From: Zygnema circumcarinatum SAG 698-1b
Lineage: Eukaryota; Plantae; Zygnematophyceae
Length of the DNA: 64,000 nucleotides
Reading direction: 5' to 3'
Assembly: GCA_037447605.1 (NCBI GenBank)
Contig: CM074811.1
Span: 2,232,001-2,296,000 of the forward strand
The notes beneath the pieces were generated by a model that saw only the letters and a program-made list of their open reading frames with translations, ran no database searches and was not told the origin of the DNA. Both the position numbers and the translations under genes were made by a program. Shown here piece after piece: positions 61,801 to 64,000 of the stretch (position 1 is its first letter; the number at the start of each line of letters is the position of its first letter).

Positions 61801-63399
61801 CAATTGTCGCGAAAGGTTGAGCAGAGCACAAGTTTTATGACTATGCCGTAAGGAAGTGGTTTCACCTATTTGGACAGCATACGATTTTTGCGGGACAGCG
61901 ACAAGGCAGGTTCCATATGAAACGGGAAAGGTCTGTCATGAGCGGACCACAATGGAAACTTGAATGTAGGATTTAAGCTTGAAAGTGGATACATAACCGC
62001 CTTAGTTTCAGGTAAGTTACCTGCTCATAAAAGTAGAGACTATCATTAATCACACTGGCAAGGTCATCTCCAAGCAAACGACGATTCCCTTCTCGCGTAT
62101 CCCCACTCCTATGAGCACCGCGCATGTGCCGTCGGCTCTGCGCGCTCCAACAGCAAGCCATTCAACATTATTTTCAAAGGCATTACCGATAATTCTAAGC
62201 TAGTGGACATGTGAGACGTGCAGCAAAATGCATATGTTCTTAGGTACTCTATATCGAAACTGCTAGCCCTCTAATCTACCTTTCACCTTCATTATGCAAC
62301 TGTCTTTTCACAGCATTTTTCATCACTTTTGGCCCAACCCATCTCTCGCAACTGCGTCATGTTCCGAACGTCCCTTATTGCAGCAACACGCTGGGCATGA
62401 ATGCTATGCTGCTCATTGTTATAGCGTGCCAGTGCAGGCCTGTCAGCACATCACATGCTGCTACAAGCACAGCACATCTCGCTATCAGCACATCACATCT
62501 TGCTACAAGCAGCAGACAGCCATCGAAGTTGGTGGACAAGGCAACAATCAGGTGACCCTGTTTCCGCTAGTGTCACGTCACTCTGCTGGCCAGTCGTGAA
62601 CCAGTGACAGCAGCCACTACCCATAACCCGCCTATTCCTGTTTGGCCTCTTCCAGCTATCCATTAACTACTCAAATGTGAGGAGTCCTGTAACAAAATCA
62701 CTCACAAGTGAGCAACTAAAAGCCCATAAACCTAAACCAGGAGTGCGACTACTATTTGTTGCCTAGCCGTTGTCTATGGCCATAATCACTGGCCTCACTA
62801 ACCTAAGTGGCTGAGTTCATCTCCACTGTCAGAGTCCATTTCATCTATAGCTACCATCACCTTCATGAAGATAGACAACCGAGCTAGACAGATGACCTCT
62901 AACGGTGGATTCCCTTCAGGACATCAACGCGGCAATGGCCATTTTTAAAAGCCAATCATCCCCACTGTTGTACTTTCCTCCAATTTTGCGGCTAATTATT
63001 TTTTGACAGAAAATGACAAGTTCGAACCATAAAAGTAAGAACTTTTGTAAACACGCCACAAACGAACACACAGCTGCTAAACAGAACGATGCTGCTATAA
63101 TCAGCACCTGTGTGACGATGTACAGCCGCCTTGTCTTCGCGTCTCCAAAGTCAGAATCGTCATCTGTAGTTTCCTCCCTCCTGTTTGTACAACGATACTC
63201 ACTGGTCAATCTTCAGCTGATTGTTGCTTTTCCGGTCAACTACCACAATTTTCTTTCAAGTAGCATGGCAGACATATCTGATCAAGCCCGTGGCATGTGC
63301 TCATCACCTCGCTTAAGCTGGTTAGTTGCAAATAGGGAAAATTTAGCCCTTGCAGGAACCAAGCCCTTGACGAAGTTCCATTTTTGCGCATATACAGAC

Positions 63400-63456
<57 letters not shown>

Positions 63457-64000
63457 AAGAAAGACAGACAGAGAGGGACAGAGAGAGAGTGGTTTCCACC
63501 ATGTTCCACGTACCGTCTGTCAGTCTCACCTTCACCAAAAGAATAGAGAGCAATATGTGACTTACAGTTTTGTCACAGCGTGCAACGCCGGGCGTAGCTC
63601 AAGCTCTTCATCTAACTGAAAGGTATCCTCTGCTTCACTTCTATTGCCGGATGCATGAGCCTGTGATTGGGATGCAAAAGCAGCACTGAGTCCTCCTGTA
63701 TCTGCTGCAAGTCGTGACCCTTGCGGTCGCTTTACTGAGCCGCTGCGCCTCTTTAAGGAATTTCGCAGTGATGGGCCCTCTGTATCAGTTTCATCATCTG
63801 CCATAACCCCAATATCAATTTCTGTGTCCCGATGTGTTGTTTTATCTGTCCTATCAACACGCAACCGTGACGAAACCGGAGTCATTGGAGCCTCCTTCCA
63901 GCCCTCGTTCATGTCTCCAGCTTTCATGTCTGTGCCATCACAGGCAGCTTCCACCAGCTTAGGACCCTCCCGATCTGCTACCAAAATCTCTGAATTCATG
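58861..64000 (-). CDS. LARP1: La-related protein 1 (DM15/LARP1 domain); 5' part with La motif outside window
   Basis: [62 protein letters not shown] (exon 59559-59455), YGLEKYWAYHFYRK (last exon 59215-58861). Confidence 0.9.
60372..60386 (+). mobile_element. Solo terminal inverted repeat of the MITE family in a LARP1 intron
   Basis: TAGGGGGAGTCAGAC is identical to the TA plus first 13 nt of the MITE 2 left end; no matching right end found nearby. Confidence 0.5.
62444..62511. repeat. Intronic 26-bp direct duplication (period 42)
   Basis: CAGCACATCACATGCTGCTACAAGCA at 62444 and CAGCACATCACATCTTGCTACAAGCA at 62486. Confidence 0.8.
63405..63452. repeat. (GA)n microsatellite in LARP1 intron
   Basis: Read directly. 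Confidence 0.92.

Noticed and set aside
1-64000. tRNA, rRNA, CRISPR arrays, intact transposase or retroelement ORFs
   Set aside because: None seen by eye; a covariance-model scan (Infernal/tRNAscan-SE) would be needed to exclude intronic snoRNAs.

Overview
Eukaryotic, intron-rich and gene-dense nuclear DNA from a streptophyte plant. A streptophyte alga or non-seed plant is my inference from gene content and gene structure. I assembled exon chains by hand from GT-AG boundaries and reading-frame continuity. The window holds about 12 protein-coding genes, in order: the 3' part of an LLM-type B-GATA factor (+), a tail-anchored golgin-like coiled-coil protein (+), a PEBP/MFT-like gene (+), a chimeric LRR/Pro-rich/ALE2-like receptor with a STRUBBELIG-type pseudokinase (-), SEC62 (+), plastid ABCI10 (-), carotenoid hydroxylase CYP97A (-), a small orphan 2-exon ORF (+), a PWI+RRM nuclear RNA-binding protein (-), proteasome beta1 PBA1 (+), a GT64-GT8-pseudoGT8 glycosyltransferase fusion (-) and the 3' part of LARP1 (-). 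Non-coding features are two related MITEs in opposite orientation upstream of an ABRE-packed PEBP promoter, GC islands rich in CGTACG, a CCATTGG palindrome cluster, microsatellites and one 10-N gap. The best novelty candidates are the GT64-GT8 fusion (possibly two glycan-building steps in one protein, such as GIPC head-group synthesis), the mosaic receptor kinase, and the ABRE/MITE-equipped atypical PEBP locus. No database searches were run; family assignments rest on recognised motifs.
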